Sequence record: PP759150
Strand: one strand, 5' to 3'
Origin: Escherichia phage HH3
DNA length: 44,661 nucleotides
The stretch's first letter is position 1. Every line of letters starts with the position of its first letter. The position numbers were made by a program, and so were the translations under genes. This document shows, piece by piece, positions 17,078 through 26,658 of this stretch. The notes under the pieces are model-generated. The model worked only from the letters and a program-made list of their open reading frames with translations. It had not been told where the DNA came from and did no database searches.

Positions 17078-19717
17078 ATGGCAGATCAGGCAGCGGGCAT
17101 TACGCTCAAGGCGGACGTCGCGCAAATTAAAACGGCGAATACTGTGCTGGACACATTTGCGCAGAAATCCGAGAACACAGAACAGAAAGTAAAGAAATTA
17201 AACGACACCCTCGGCAACACGAAAAAGGTCACTGGTGACGCCGCGGGTGGAATGGGGAAGTTAGCGACTGAATCGCAGCGCGCCGCCGACGGCATGACGA
17301 AACAGGAGCGACTCGCCAGCCGATTAGGCATGTCGACCAAAAACCTGGGATTCGCATCGCGAAACGCCGCATTTCAGTTACAGGATATCGCGGTAACGCT
17401 TGAAATGGGTATGCCGGTGCATCGAGTCATGCTTCAGCAGCTACCACAGCTTACTGGGGCGTTTGGCGGGTTGGGTAACACACTGCGTTATTTCGTCGGC
17501 ACCCTCGGCCCGTTAGGGGTTGGCCTCGCGGCATTAACGGCAACGCTAGGCGTAGGGGTGGCAATTACGTCCCGCGCAGAAAACCAGGTAGCGGCGCTCA
17601 ACAAGACGCTGGCGCTTTCCGGTAATATTTCTGGCCTCACCGCTAACCAGATCCTGGTGCTATCCGAGAACGCCGAGCGGATGGGCGGGTCATTCCGCAA
17701 GACGCGAGACACAATTCAGTCACTGGCGGCGGCGGGTGTGAAAGCGGGTGCGGACTTCGGCGGGTTAGCTAAGGTGGTTAATGACTTTGCAAAGACGTCG
17801 GGCCAGCCTATTGAGGACGTGGTATCGTCGGTGGCGAAATTGTCAAACGACCCAGTAGGCGGTTTGCGCGCACTGGCAGATAAGTATCACGTCGTAACCG
17901 AAGCGCAGATCCAGCAGGTGCAGTCATTGGTGAACGTGGGCCGCGAGACAGATGCGGTTGCGCTGGCGAACAAAACCGCCGCGGCGTCGTTTACCACTAT
18001 GACAAACGATATCAAGGCGAACATGGGTACGCTTGAGCGGTCGATGAACGTCGTCACATCGGCAGCTAAATCCATGTGGGACGCCATCCTGGATGTGGGC
18101 CGCGCTCAGTCCTCCAATGAGTCAGAGATGAAAGCGCGTGAATCCTTGCAGCGCATGACCACGGCTTACTATGCCGAGATGAAAGCGGTACACGCTGCCG
18201 GTGGGGTAATGACTGAAGCGCAGAAAGCACGTATTAACATGCTTTACAGCGAAATGGTCGCCCAGGAAAAAGTAGTGGCGTCGCTCACCCTGCGCAACCG
18301 CGCCGAGCGAGACAACGCCCGCGCCTCGGACGAATCAGCGAAGGAGAACGAGGAGGCCAACCGCGCTGCCCGCGACCGCGCCGCATTTGAGAAGGAATTC
18401 GCCACCAACGCGAAGAGGCGCTCCGACGAGATCGCCCGCCTCAATTTGCTGAATAAGCGCGGCGTGATTAGCGAGAAAGAGCTTGCCGAGGCGGTGAAGC
18501 AGGTAAACGAGCGCTACAAAGACCCCGCCCCGAAGAAGGCCGCCTCTGTACGGGTCGATGCCGGTACGAAAATGCTGGAAGTCGCACGGAGCGAACTGGC
18601 CCAGCTTCGAGAATCCGGCAAGCAGATCGAAGCCAACGCATCTGCGCAGACCCGCACGCAACGCGCTCAAGCGGCCTTAAACAAGCTGATCGCCGACCAT
18701 GAGCAGTTAATCGCTGCGAGCAAAGAAAGAGCGCTAACGGCAGCAGAGAAGCAGCAGATGGTGGAATTTGGACGCGTGAAGGAAGTCCGCGAGCAGATCG
18801 TCGAAGAAGCCAAATTGCTGGATGCGAAAGAGAAGCAGATCAAAGCCCACGCGCAGGTAGACGCTTTCCTCAAGAATCAGAACGCCGAAATAAAGGCCAC
18901 CGCTGCGGGCTACGCACTGTCTACGCGCGAAGCGGCTAACCTGCGCGAAGAATTGCAGCTAATCGACCGTCTGAAGAGGGTTGGCGCTAACGATACCGAT
19001 ATAGACAAGGCGGTGTCTAAGCTGCGGGAAGTGCAGGAGGCGCAGACCGGTGCTAACGCCTCGCTATGGGATGGCTTCAGCCACGGGCTTAAGGATAGCG
19101 TGGATGAAATGGGTAACGGATATACGCAGATGGCGTTGCTTACGAAATTCACGTTCAGCGCTATGCAAGACACGATGAACGAGTTTTTCGAGACCGGCAA
19201 GCTGAACGCAAAGGATATGGTTAAGTCCATCCTGAGCGAATTAATCAAGCTGGCTACCTCGCAAGCGTTCAAGTCCATCGTTGGCGCTTTCGGTGGCGGC
19301 GGCAAAAACGGATTGTTCGGCGCTATCTTCTCGGGCCTCACTAAGAATGCGGACGGCGGAGCGTACGCAGGAGGCAATCTCGCGGCCTATTCGGGGAAAG
19401 TGGTAAGCCAGCCCACCTTTTTCAGTTATGGCGTCCAGGCGTTCGCTAAGGGCGCAGGATTGATGGGTGAGGCTGGCCCCGAGGCCATCATGCCACTGAA
19501 GCGCGGGCCGGACGGGAGACTGGGCGTTGCCGCTTCTGGCGCAGGCGGAGGTATGGTCGTGACGACTAACGTTTACACGGGGGCCGGTAAAACAGACACC
19601 AGTGTGAGCGGCCCAGACCCCCGCACAGCGCAGGCGTTCGGCAAGCAAATCACCGAGGCGGTGAAGGCCGAGATCGTGAAAGCGACGAAACCGGGTGGAG
19701 TACTTTACAAACGATGA
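17078..19717 (+). CDS. tail tape measure protein (879 aa)
   Basis: Size, Ala/Gly-rich helical composition, position after G/GT and before tail-tip genes. Confidence 0.85.
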   Translation: MADQAAGITLKADVAQIKTANTVLDTFAQKSENTEQKVKKLNDTLGNTKKVTGDAAGGMGKLATESQRAADGMTKQERLASRLGMSTKNLGFASRNAAFQLQDIAVTLEMGMPVHRVMLQQLPQLTGAFGGLGNTLRYFVGTLGPLGVGLAALTATLGVGVAITSRAENQVAALNKTLALSGNISGLTANQILVLSENAERMGGSFRKTRDTIQSLAAAGVKAGADFGGLAKVVNDFAKTSGQPIEDVVSSVAKLSNDPVGGLRALADKYHVVTEAQIQQVQSLVNVGRETDAVALANKTAAASFTTMTNDIKANMGTLERSMNVVTSAAKSMWDAILDVGRAQSSNESEMKARESLQRMTTAYYAEMKAVHAAGGVMTEAQKARINMLYSEMVAQEKVVASLTLRNRAERDNARASDESAKENEEANRAARDRAAFEKEFATNAKRRSDEIARLNLLNKRGVISEKELAEAVKQVNERYKDPAPKKAASVRVDAGTKMLEVARSELAQLRESGKQIEANASAQTRTQRAQAALNKLIADHEQLIAASKERALTAAEKQQMVEFGRVKEVREQIVEEAKLLDAKEKQIKAHAQVDAFLKNQNAEIKATAAGYALSTREAANLREELQLIDRLKRVGANDTDIDKAVSKLREVQEAQTGANASLWDGFSHGLKDSVDEMGNGYTQMALLTKFTFSAMQDTMNEFFETGKLNAKDMVKSILSELIKLATSQAFKSIVGAFGGGGKNGLFGAIFSGLTKNADGGAYAGGNLAAYSGKVVSQPTFFSYGVQAFAKGAGLMGEAGPEAIMPLKRGPDGRLGVAASGAGGGMVVTTNVYTGAGKTDTSVSGPDPRTAQAFGKQITEAVKAEIVKATKPGGVLYKR

Positions 19718-19724
19718 TAAAATG

Positions 19725-19753
19725 GCCCCCACAACCATCGTGGGGGCTTTTCT
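19725..19753 (+). terminator. rho-independent terminator / attenuator after tape measure gene
   Basis: gcccccac-aaccatc-gtgggggc followed by TTTTCT. Confidence 0.6.
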
Positions 19754-20353
19754 ATGGCACAAGGTACAATCACACTAACGAACGGAAGTAAGACCGTTAC
19801 GGGCGCAGGGACGGCGTTCTTGAGCGAGATCGGGAAGGTCCGCGTATTCGCCCGCATCGACGGCAACGACTACACCGGCAAAATAGCCGCATTCAACTCG
19901 GATACAGAAATCACCCTGGCGGATAACTGGGCCGGTCCAACGAAATCCGGTGCGGTATATGAGCTAATCGAAGCGCACGACCCGCGGTCAAACGAATGGC
20001 CCTATTACTGGCACATGCAATTGCAAGGCGGCGGGGACGTGCAGTTGGCTTTCCGGTCCGAGGAATTGCAATTTGGTAACGGTTACGGTCAGAACATCGC
20101 GGACGGCCCGAACGCCGAAACTAAACAATTCCCCGTGCAATTCGTCGGACTGACTACCGACAAGTGGTGTAACCCTAAGCTGGTTTACAACTTCCTTCGC
20201 GGGCACTTCGTCAAGCCGTTTGTCGTCACAGCACCGGATGGCGAAACAGGTTTATTCGTGGTCGAGCGTTCGAGCTTGTCGTACACTGACAACGGGCACT
20301 ACACGGCAACGGTGTCCGCCACCCTTAAGACAGCTATTGGATTCGTAAGATGA
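19754..20353 (+). CDS. minor tail protein (lambda M position), 199 aa
   Basis: Position; N-terminus GTITLTNGSKTVTGAGTAF resembles the tail fiber N-terminus at 26659. Confidence 0.55.
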   Translation: MAQGTITLTNGSKTVTGAGTAFLSEIGKVRVFARIDGNDYTGKIAAFNSDTEITLADNWAGPTKSGAVYELIEAHDPRSNEWPYYWHMQLQGGGDVQLAFRSEELQFGNGYGQNIADGPNAETKQFPVQFVGLTTDKWCNPKLVYNFLRGHFVKPFVVTAPDGETGLFVVERSSLSYTDNGHYTATVSATLKTAIGFVR

Positions 20354-21138
20354 ATAAACTATATCGCGAGGCAACGCGCTTTGACCCATCGGGCCGCGTT
20401 CGCCTGATTCACATTGACGCACAGGACGTGGAGCCAGGCGACGGCGCGATCGGCGCAGGCCACCACTATTTTCACTATTGCTTTATTCCGCACACTGCCG
20501 ATGATATTGCCGCCGCCGGGGGAGACGAAGACAAGCTGAAGCCGAAATCCATCTTCTTCGGTGGGCAGGAGTTTGAATTTTGGCCCTTCGATTTATCCGG
20601 CCTTAACTTCTCCACATCAACGGCAGCAGAACCGCAGCTAACCATCGTCGATATTGGCGGGGTTATCACCAGGCTATCCCTGAATCACGACCAGCTACTG
20701 GGCGCGAAGGTTGAAATCATCGACACGTTTGCGAAGTTTCTGGACAACGGACCTGATCCAGACCCAACGCAAAAACGTGTCCAGGAGTTTTACATCGACG
20801 CCCAGGTGGGCCGAAATCCAGGCAAGCAAATCACCTTCGCATTATCCTCCCCCGCGGATATGGAGGGGCAAGTAGTACCCCGCCGCCAGATCATGAACAT
20901 GTGCGAGTGGGCGCTCAATGGGAAGTACGCCAGCGGGGACGGGTGCACCTGGAACCTTGCGAAGCCCGGTATCAAGTATTACGACGAGCGAGGTAATGAA
21001 GTCATAGCGATGAACATGGACCGATGCGGTGGCTGTTTGTCCGACTGTTATCTTCGATTCGGTCAAGGGCTTGCAAACCCTAAAGCTGCGGTACTTGACT
21101 TCGGCGGCTTTCCGGGATCCAGATTAATTAAGGGGTAG
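20350..21138 (+). CDS. minor tail protein L-like (262 aa)
   Basis: Position; C-terminal Cys cluster CEW...GDGCTW...RCGGCLSDC as in lambda gpL-like proteins. Confidence 0.65.
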   Translation: MNKLYREATRFDPSGRVRLIHIDAQDVEPGDGAIGAGHHYFHYCFIPHTADDIAAAGGDEDKLKPKSIFFGGQEFEFWPFDLSGLNFSTSTAAEPQLTIVDIGGVITRLSLNHDQLLGAKVEIIDTFAKFLDNGPDPDPTQKRVQEFYIDAQVGRNPGKQITFALSSPADMEGQVVPRRQIMNMCEWALNGKYASGDGCTWNLAKPGIKYYDERGNEVIAMNMDRCGGCLSDCYLRFGQGLANPKAAVLDFGGFPGSRLIKG

Positions 21139-21140
21139 TC

Positions 21141-21881
21141 ATGTTAACGAAGAAGGTTAAAAGCGATATCGCCGCACACGTCGCGGCATGTCTGCCGGAG
21201 GAAGCCTGCGGCCTGGTTGTAATGGCGGGCCGTAAACAAGTTTTTGTCCCATGCCAGAACGTTTTCGAAGACCCGACCGGTGCGCGCTCACGTAGAGACG
21301 CGTTTACTATTAGTGATACGGCATGGATGGATGCGGAGGATATGGGCGACGTCGTTCGCGTAGTCCACTCCCATCCAGGCCAGCGCGAGCTAACCCCATC
21401 ATTGGGCGACGTTAACGGATGCAACGGCAGCGGCATAGTGTGGGCCATTACCAATGAGTATGGCGACTTTATCGAGATTGACCCGGAAGACCCGCCACTG
21501 GTAGGTCGACGATTTGTTCTCGGAATTACGGATTGCTATGGCCTCGTCATGGACTGGCACAAAAAGCAGGGCGTGATTCTGCCGGACTTCCGCGTGCCGT
21601 ACAACTGGTGGGAAATGGGGGAGAACCTGTACATGGATAACTGGTACGGAGCAGGCTTCAGGGAATGCGAGGAGAATACACCGGGGGCGATGGTCATCAT
21701 GCAGATTAGCGCGCCAGTGCCAAACCATGCTGGGATCTTCCTTCCGGGCAACCAACTCCTACACCATATCTACGGCAGCATGTCGAGCGTCGTTCCCTTC
21801 CGTGCAGGATTTTTCCGCGACAATGTGGTTAAATGGGTACGTCATAAAGACCTACCGGGGAATATCACAGAATGGCAATGA
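21141..21881 (+). CDS. tail assembly protein K-like (JAB/MPN plus NlpC/P60-type domain)
   Basis: JAMM-like motif VVHSHPG; position between L-like and I-like genes. Confidence 0.7.
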   Translation: MLTKKVKSDIAAHVAACLPEEACGLVVMAGRKQVFVPCQNVFEDPTGARSRRDAFTISDTAWMDAEDMGDVVRVVHSHPGQRELTPSLGDVNGCNGSGIVWAITNEYGDFIEIDPEDPPLVGRRFVLGITDCYGLVMDWHKKQGVILPDFRVPYNWWEMGENLYMDNWYGAGFRECEENTPGAMVIMQISAPVPNHAGIFLPGNQLLHHIYGSMSSVVPFRAGFFRDNVVKWVRHKDLPGNITEWQ

Positions 21882-22486
21882 CCACCTTTAAATTATACGG
21901 CGTCTTAGGGCGTCGTTTTGGTAAAGTGCACAAGCTGGACTGCTTCACACCAGGCGAAGGCATCACCGGCCTGTGCGTGAAGTTACCAGGCTTACAGGAC
22001 TTTCTAATGTCGGCTCACCTGGAAAACATGATGTTCAAGGTGCGCAAGGGCAATCACACAATGACCGGTTACGACGAGTTGGGCGAGTTCCACGGTAACC
22101 GCGTAGTGACCATCGCGCCGGTTATGACTGGCGCAAAAAGAGGGCTAGGACAATTACTGGCGGGCGTAGCCATCGTGGTGGCATCATTCTACACTGGCGG
22201 GCTTGCTACTGCCGCTTTTGGTGCTTCAGCCGCGACCGCGGCTGCTATTGGTACGGCTACGTTTTCGTTCGGGATGTCGATGGCGCTGGGTGGCGTTATG
22301 CAATTGCTATCCCCGCAACCGAAAGGATTGCAGACACGGCAGGACGTGGACAACAAGGCGTCTTATGCGTTCGGCGGACCGGTAAACACGACCGCGCAAG
22401 GTACGGCACTTGGTGTATTATGGGGCGAGCGTGAGATCGGCGGCGCTATTATTTCCGCCGGAATCGTAACAGAGGATTTGAACTAA
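21872..22486 (+). CDS. tail assembly protein I-like (204 aa)
   Basis: Position before J; hydrophobic Gly/Ala-rich C-terminal half. Confidence 0.6.
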   Translation: MAMTTFKLYGVLGRRFGKVHKLDCFTPGEGITGLCVKLPGLQDFLMSAHLENMMFKVRKGNHTMTGYDELGEFHGNRVVTIAPVMTGAKRGLGQLLAGVAIVVASFYTGGLATAAFGASAATAAAIGTATFSFGMSMALGGVMQLLSPQPKGLQTRQDVDNKASYAFGGPVNTTAQGTALGVLWGEREIGGAIISAGIVTEDLN

Positions 22487-25400
22487 TGACGATTATCTAC
22501 GACGTCACGGGCCATAAAGGCGGCGGTGGTAAACAGCACACCCCGCAGGAAACTCCCGACAGCCTGCACTCGCAGGCTAAAGCCCGCATCTTGCTTGCAC
22601 TGGGTGAAGGTGAGTTCGAGGGGATCCCGAGCACCCGCGAATTACGGCAGCGCGTATATTTGGACGGAACGCCGATCCAGAACGCCGACCGGTCCGAAAA
22701 CTTCCCCGGCGCGCGCGTGGAGTTCCGCCCAGGCACACAGCATCAGGACGTGATTCACGGATTTTCCGCGGTGGAAAGCGAGCAAACAGTTGGTGTGAAA
22801 CTGGAATACGGCACGCCGTGGGTGCGCCAGATTAATGACACCAGTCTTGACGCCGTGCGCATTCGAATCGGTATTCCGGCTTTGTACACCAACAAAGACA
22901 ATGGCGACCTGGTGGGTGGGCGCATCGACTACAAAATTGTTGTGTACACCGACAACGCAAGTCCGCGCGAGTTCCGTTTCTCTGCCGTCGGCAAAACAAT
23001 GTCGCTGTACGAGCGAGACCACCGCATCGAGCTGCCATCGAACGTGAATACCGGCTGGCTCGTGGAGGTGCACCGCTTAACGGCAGATTCCACCTCTGCA
23101 AAAGTGGTTAACGATATCCGGGTACAATCCATTACAGAGATTATCGATGCCCGCCTGCGATATCCGCTAACCGCACTGTTGTTCGTGGAGTTCGACGCAA
23201 AGGCGTTCCAGAACATCCCGCGCGTATCCATTAAGTGCAAAGGACGAAAAGTTCTAATCCCGAACAACTACGACCCGATTAATCATACTTATTCTGGCGA
23301 CTGGGACGGGACGTTTAAACGCGCATGGACGGATAACCCGGCGTGGCACTGGTATGATATCTGTATTACGGAGCGCTTCGGCCTCGGTCGCCGGATAAAG
23401 CCGCAAATGCTAAACCGTTACGCGCTCTACCAGATTGCGCAGCGCTGCGATCAGATGGTAAGCGACGGAAACGGCGGACGGGAAATCCGCTTTAAGAATG
23501 ATATGTACATCCAGTCGCAGACCGACGCATGGACCGTGCTTAAGGATTTAGCAGCCATCTTTGCTGGTATGACCTGGTGGGGAAACCAGATGTTGAATAT
23601 CGTCAGTGACCAGCCGGTCGCAGCGGTATCGCACACTATCACCAACGCCTCGGTAATTGATGGGCGATTCGACTATGCGTCTGGCAGCCAGAAAACCCGG
23701 TATTCCACGTTCGCGGTAGCATACGGCAACCCGAAGAACCACTACGAGGACGCCATCGCAACGGGCCAGCGCGTCGAACTGGTGCGTCGCCATAAGATTA
23801 ACCGCCTCGATATTACGGCGATCGGCTGTACGCGTGAGTCTGAAGCGCAACGCCGTGGGCACTGGGCGCTAATCTCCAACCAACTCGACCAGCAAGTTAG
23901 CTTTAAGGTTGGCATGGAGGGACTTTTCTTTATTCCGGGTAGCGTAGTCGCTATCGCGGATACTAACATTTCCGGCGGCTTCGAGACCCGCGGCGGACGC
24001 CTGTTGTCAGATCCGGGCACGCGTACTGTGCTGAACACGGACAGCGAAATCACGTTCCGCCCTGGTGACAAATTCCTGGTGCGCACCGATAGCGGTAATG
24101 TGGAGACTCGCGAGATTGCCAGCGTCAACGGCAACAAGGTTATGCTGAAAAACGCACTGGATGCCGACCCGATTCCCGATCAACCGTTTTGCGTTGATGG
24201 CGATGATATCCAGTTGCAGAAGTTCCGCATCACCGACCTGGAATATGACGACGCTACCAGCACTTTCTCGGTGCGCGGGATTGAATACCACGACAGCAAA
24301 TATGATGCCGTTGATAATGGCGCGCGCCTTGATCCGGGCATCTTTACGCAAGTTCCCGACGGCGTAATTAAGGGGCCGGAATCCGTGACCATCACCCCGT
24401 CGCAGATCTCATCACAAGGCCAGCTAATCACCAACGTGGATATTGTTTTCCCTCCGGTGAAAGATGCCGTTGTGTACGAAATCCAGTGGCGGCGCACCAG
24501 CTTGCAGAATATGGAAATCCAGTGGGGTAACGACTGGGTGAATATCCCCCGCACGGCATCGAACGGCGCGCACATCCCTAACGTGTTCTCCGGCAACTAC
24601 CAGGCCCGCGTCCGCGCGATCGGTATGGGCGAGATTTCATCCCCGTGGGTGGAGTCTGCCATCACGCCGGTAGAAGGTCGTCTCGGCGGGCTTAACGCGC
24701 CTATCATCACCAACGCGATTTCTGGCCTCCACCAGATTTTGTGGAAGTGGAACCATAACAACGCCGCGACGGATATCTCTTACACCGAGCTTGAAGTGCG
24801 TAAGACCGGAGAGACGGAATGGAAATTTCTTACAAACGTCCCATACCCGGGGGCGGAGTATGCCCAAACGTCGCTGGAGTTCGGGATCTATCAGCAGTTG
24901 CGCGCCCGTGTAGCTGATAAAATCGGCAACCTGTCGGACTGGTCGGACCCGTTTGAAGGGCAGGTGAGTGACAAAGTTGACGAGTACATGAAGGGGCTTG
25001 ATGACGAGTTCTTGACTTCCGAGGATGGTAGACGCTTCCAGGAAGCGATCGACACCATGCCGCAGGGCATTTACGAGGCGATTCTCACCGACGCGCAGCA
25101 ATTATTTAACGCCCGCGCCGAGTACAAGGGTATTTATGCGGAAATCTCGGTGGCATATAACGTGGCGGCGGACGCCCACAAGGCTGTCGCTCAACTGGAG
25201 ACGTTGATCGGCACGCGACTCGACGATGCTGAAGCGGCGATCCACACGTTGCAGACGGCACAGAGTACGCAAGAACAAGCCTTCGCCCAGTATCAGCAAA
25301 CTGTTGCCGCTAAGTTCGCGGATCAGGAAGCTGCCATCCAGCAGGTACAAACGGCAACGGCGGACGTAGCTGGCGCGCTGGCGGAGTACAAAACCCAGGT

Positions 25401-26304
25401 CGCGGCACAGTTCGGTCAGCAGTCCGCCGCTATTGAGCAGAAGATGACGTCCTCGTTTAACCATGCGGGTGGTAACGCCACGTACAGCCTTAAGGCGGGC
25501 GTGACGTATAACGGGACCTACTATGACGCCGGTATGCAGCTTTCCGTCGTGGCGGAGGGTGGCGCGGTTAAATCCCGCATCGCGTTCAAAGCGGACCAGT
25601 TCTACATCATGCACCCGTCTAATGGGACGCTTTCGTCCGCGTTTATCGTGGATGGCGGGCAGGTGTATATCGACACGGCGCGCATTAAAGACGCATCTAT
25701 CAACTTTGCGCAGATCACGGACACGCTGCGGTCTGATGGCTTCTTAACAGGGTCACGCGGCTGGAACCTGCCTAAATCGGGTAATGCGGAGTTTAACAAC
25801 GCGACAGTCCGCGGCACCGTTTACGCGAGTGATGGTGTGTTTAAGGGCACGGTTTATGCAAGGGATGGGGTATTTACCGGAACGGTCGAAGCCACCAGCT
25901 TTGTCGGTGACGTTGCAAATATGTGTGTTATTGGTGCGAAAGCAATCCCAAACACAGACAGGAATGGGTCAAGGTCATGGTCGGTGACTTTCAACGACTC
26001 GTCCAGGTCATCGAAACTCAAAGACTTTGTGTTGCTGTTAAGTTACTCACTGGTCGGGCACACCGCAAGCCAGTCAAGTCGCATTGCTGTTACCGCCAAT
26101 ATTGGCGGTAAAGTAGTATCAAGGACTATTGAGCGAGCGGCAAGCGGAAACGCAATCCATACAACGATTCCTTTAGCTGCGGAAGGTGTAGCGGCGGGAA
26201 GTGTAACAATTAAAGTGACGGAAGTGTATACAAACGTCTACGGCAGCACATTGCACCCATCTGTAATATTAATGACTCGTGGAACTGGTAGCTGGTCGCA
26301 ATAA
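22486..26304 (+). CDS. host specificity / central tail fiber protein, lambda J-like (1272 aa)
   Basis: N-terminal GHKGGGGKQHTP and internal YSGDWDGTFKRAWTDNPAWHWYD...RCDQMVSDGNGGRE segments closely resemble lambda gpJ as I recall it. Confidence 0.9.
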   Translation: MTIIYDVTGHKGGGGKQHTPQETPDSLHSQAKARILLALGEGEFEGIPSTRELRQRVYLDGTPIQNADRSENFPGARVEFRPGTQHQDVIHGFSAVESEQTVGVKLEYGTPWVRQINDTSLDAVRIRIGIPALYTNKDNGDLVGGRIDYKIVVYTDNASPREFRFSAVGKTMSLYERDHRIELPSNVNTGWLVEVHRLTADSTSAKVVNDIRVQSITEIIDARLRYPLTALLFVEFDAKAFQNIPRVSIKCKGRKVLIPNNYDPINHTYSGDWDGTFKRAWTDNPAWHWYDICITERFGLGRRIKPQMLNRYALYQIAQRCDQMVSDGNGGREIRFKNDMYIQSQTDAWTVLKDLAAIFAGMTWWGNQMLNIVSDQPVAAVSHTITNASVIDGRFDYASGSQKTRYSTFAVAYGNPKNHYEDAIATGQRVELVRRHKINRLDITAIGCTRESEAQRRGHWALISNQLDQQVSFKVGMEGLFFIPGSVVAIADTNISGGFETRGGRLLSDPGTRTVLNTDSEITFRPGDKFLVRTDSGNVETREIASVNGNKVMLKNALDADPIPDQPFCVDGDDIQLQKFRITDLEYDDATSTFSVRGIEYHDSKYDAVDNGARLDPGIFTQVPDGVIKGPESVTITPSQISSQGQLITNVDIVFPPVKDAVVYEIQWRRTSLQNMEIQWGNDWVNIPRTASNGAHIPNVFSGNYQARVRAIGMGEISSPWVESAITPVEGRLGGLNAPIITNAISGLHQILWKWNHNNAATDISYTELEVRKTGETEWKFLTNVPYPGAEYAQTSLEFGIYQQLRARVADKIGNLSDWSDPFEGQVSDKVDEYMKGLDDEFLTSEDGRRFQEAIDTMPQGIYEAILTDAQQLFNARAEYKGIYAEISVAYNVAADAHKAVAQLETLIGTRLDDAEAAIHTLQTAQSTQEQAFAQYQQTVAAKFADQEAAIQQVQTATADVAGALAEYKTQVAAQFGQQSAAIEQKMTSSFNHAGGNATYSLKAGVTYNGTYYDAGMQLSVVAEGGAVKSRIAFKADQFYIMHPSNGTLSSAFIVDGGQVYIDTARIKDASINFAQITDTLRSDGFLTGSRGWNLPKSGNAEFNNATVRGTVYASDGVFKGTVYARDGVFTGTVEATSFVGDVANMCVIGAKAIPNTDRNGSRSWSVTFNDSSRSSKLKDFVLLLSYSLVGHTASQSSRIAVTANIGGKVVSRTIERAASGNAIHTTIPLAAEGVAAGSVTIKVTEVYTNVYGSTLHPSVILMTRGTGSWSQ

Positions 26305-26310
26305 ACAATT

Positions 26311-26337
26311 AGCCCCTCATTCGAGGGGCTATCTTTT
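26311..26337. terminator. bidirectional rho-independent terminator
   Basis: agcccctc-attc-gaggggct followed by ATCTTTT. Confidence 0.65.
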
Positions 26338-26578
26338 AATAATCAATGACGCAGTTTGATGGGGAACCAATCCTGCGGTGTTCGTGGCTAATCTCCTGGC
26401 ACCACTGACCGGTATATGGTAGCTTTTCGGTATCGTAAACCAAAGACCCGTCTTCATGTCGCTCAATAGGATGAGGTATTACACCCGAATTTGGAACGCC
26501 TGTGTTTAAGCCATTGCCACATGCTGTCATTAGAAGGCACGCCGCGGGTATTATCAGATTTTTGATTAAAGTTTTCAT
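26336..26578 (-). CDS. small lipoprotein (80 aa), candidate receptor-blocking superinfection exclusion protein
   Basis: Strong RBS ggagatga; signal peptide MKTLIKNLIIPAACLLMTAC with lipobox Cys; encoded antisense between J-like gene and tail fiber gene. Confidence 0.55.
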   Translation of the reverse strand: MKTLIKNLIIPAACLLMTACGNGLNTGVPNSGVIPHPIERHEDGSLVYDTEKLPYTGQWCQEISHEHRRIGSPSNCVIDY

Positions 26579-26658
26579 GGTATCATCTCCTGTATTGGGT
26601 TGAGTTTTAGTATTACACCGCTCAACCAAGAATGCAACCAATTTAAGAGGATTCAGCT

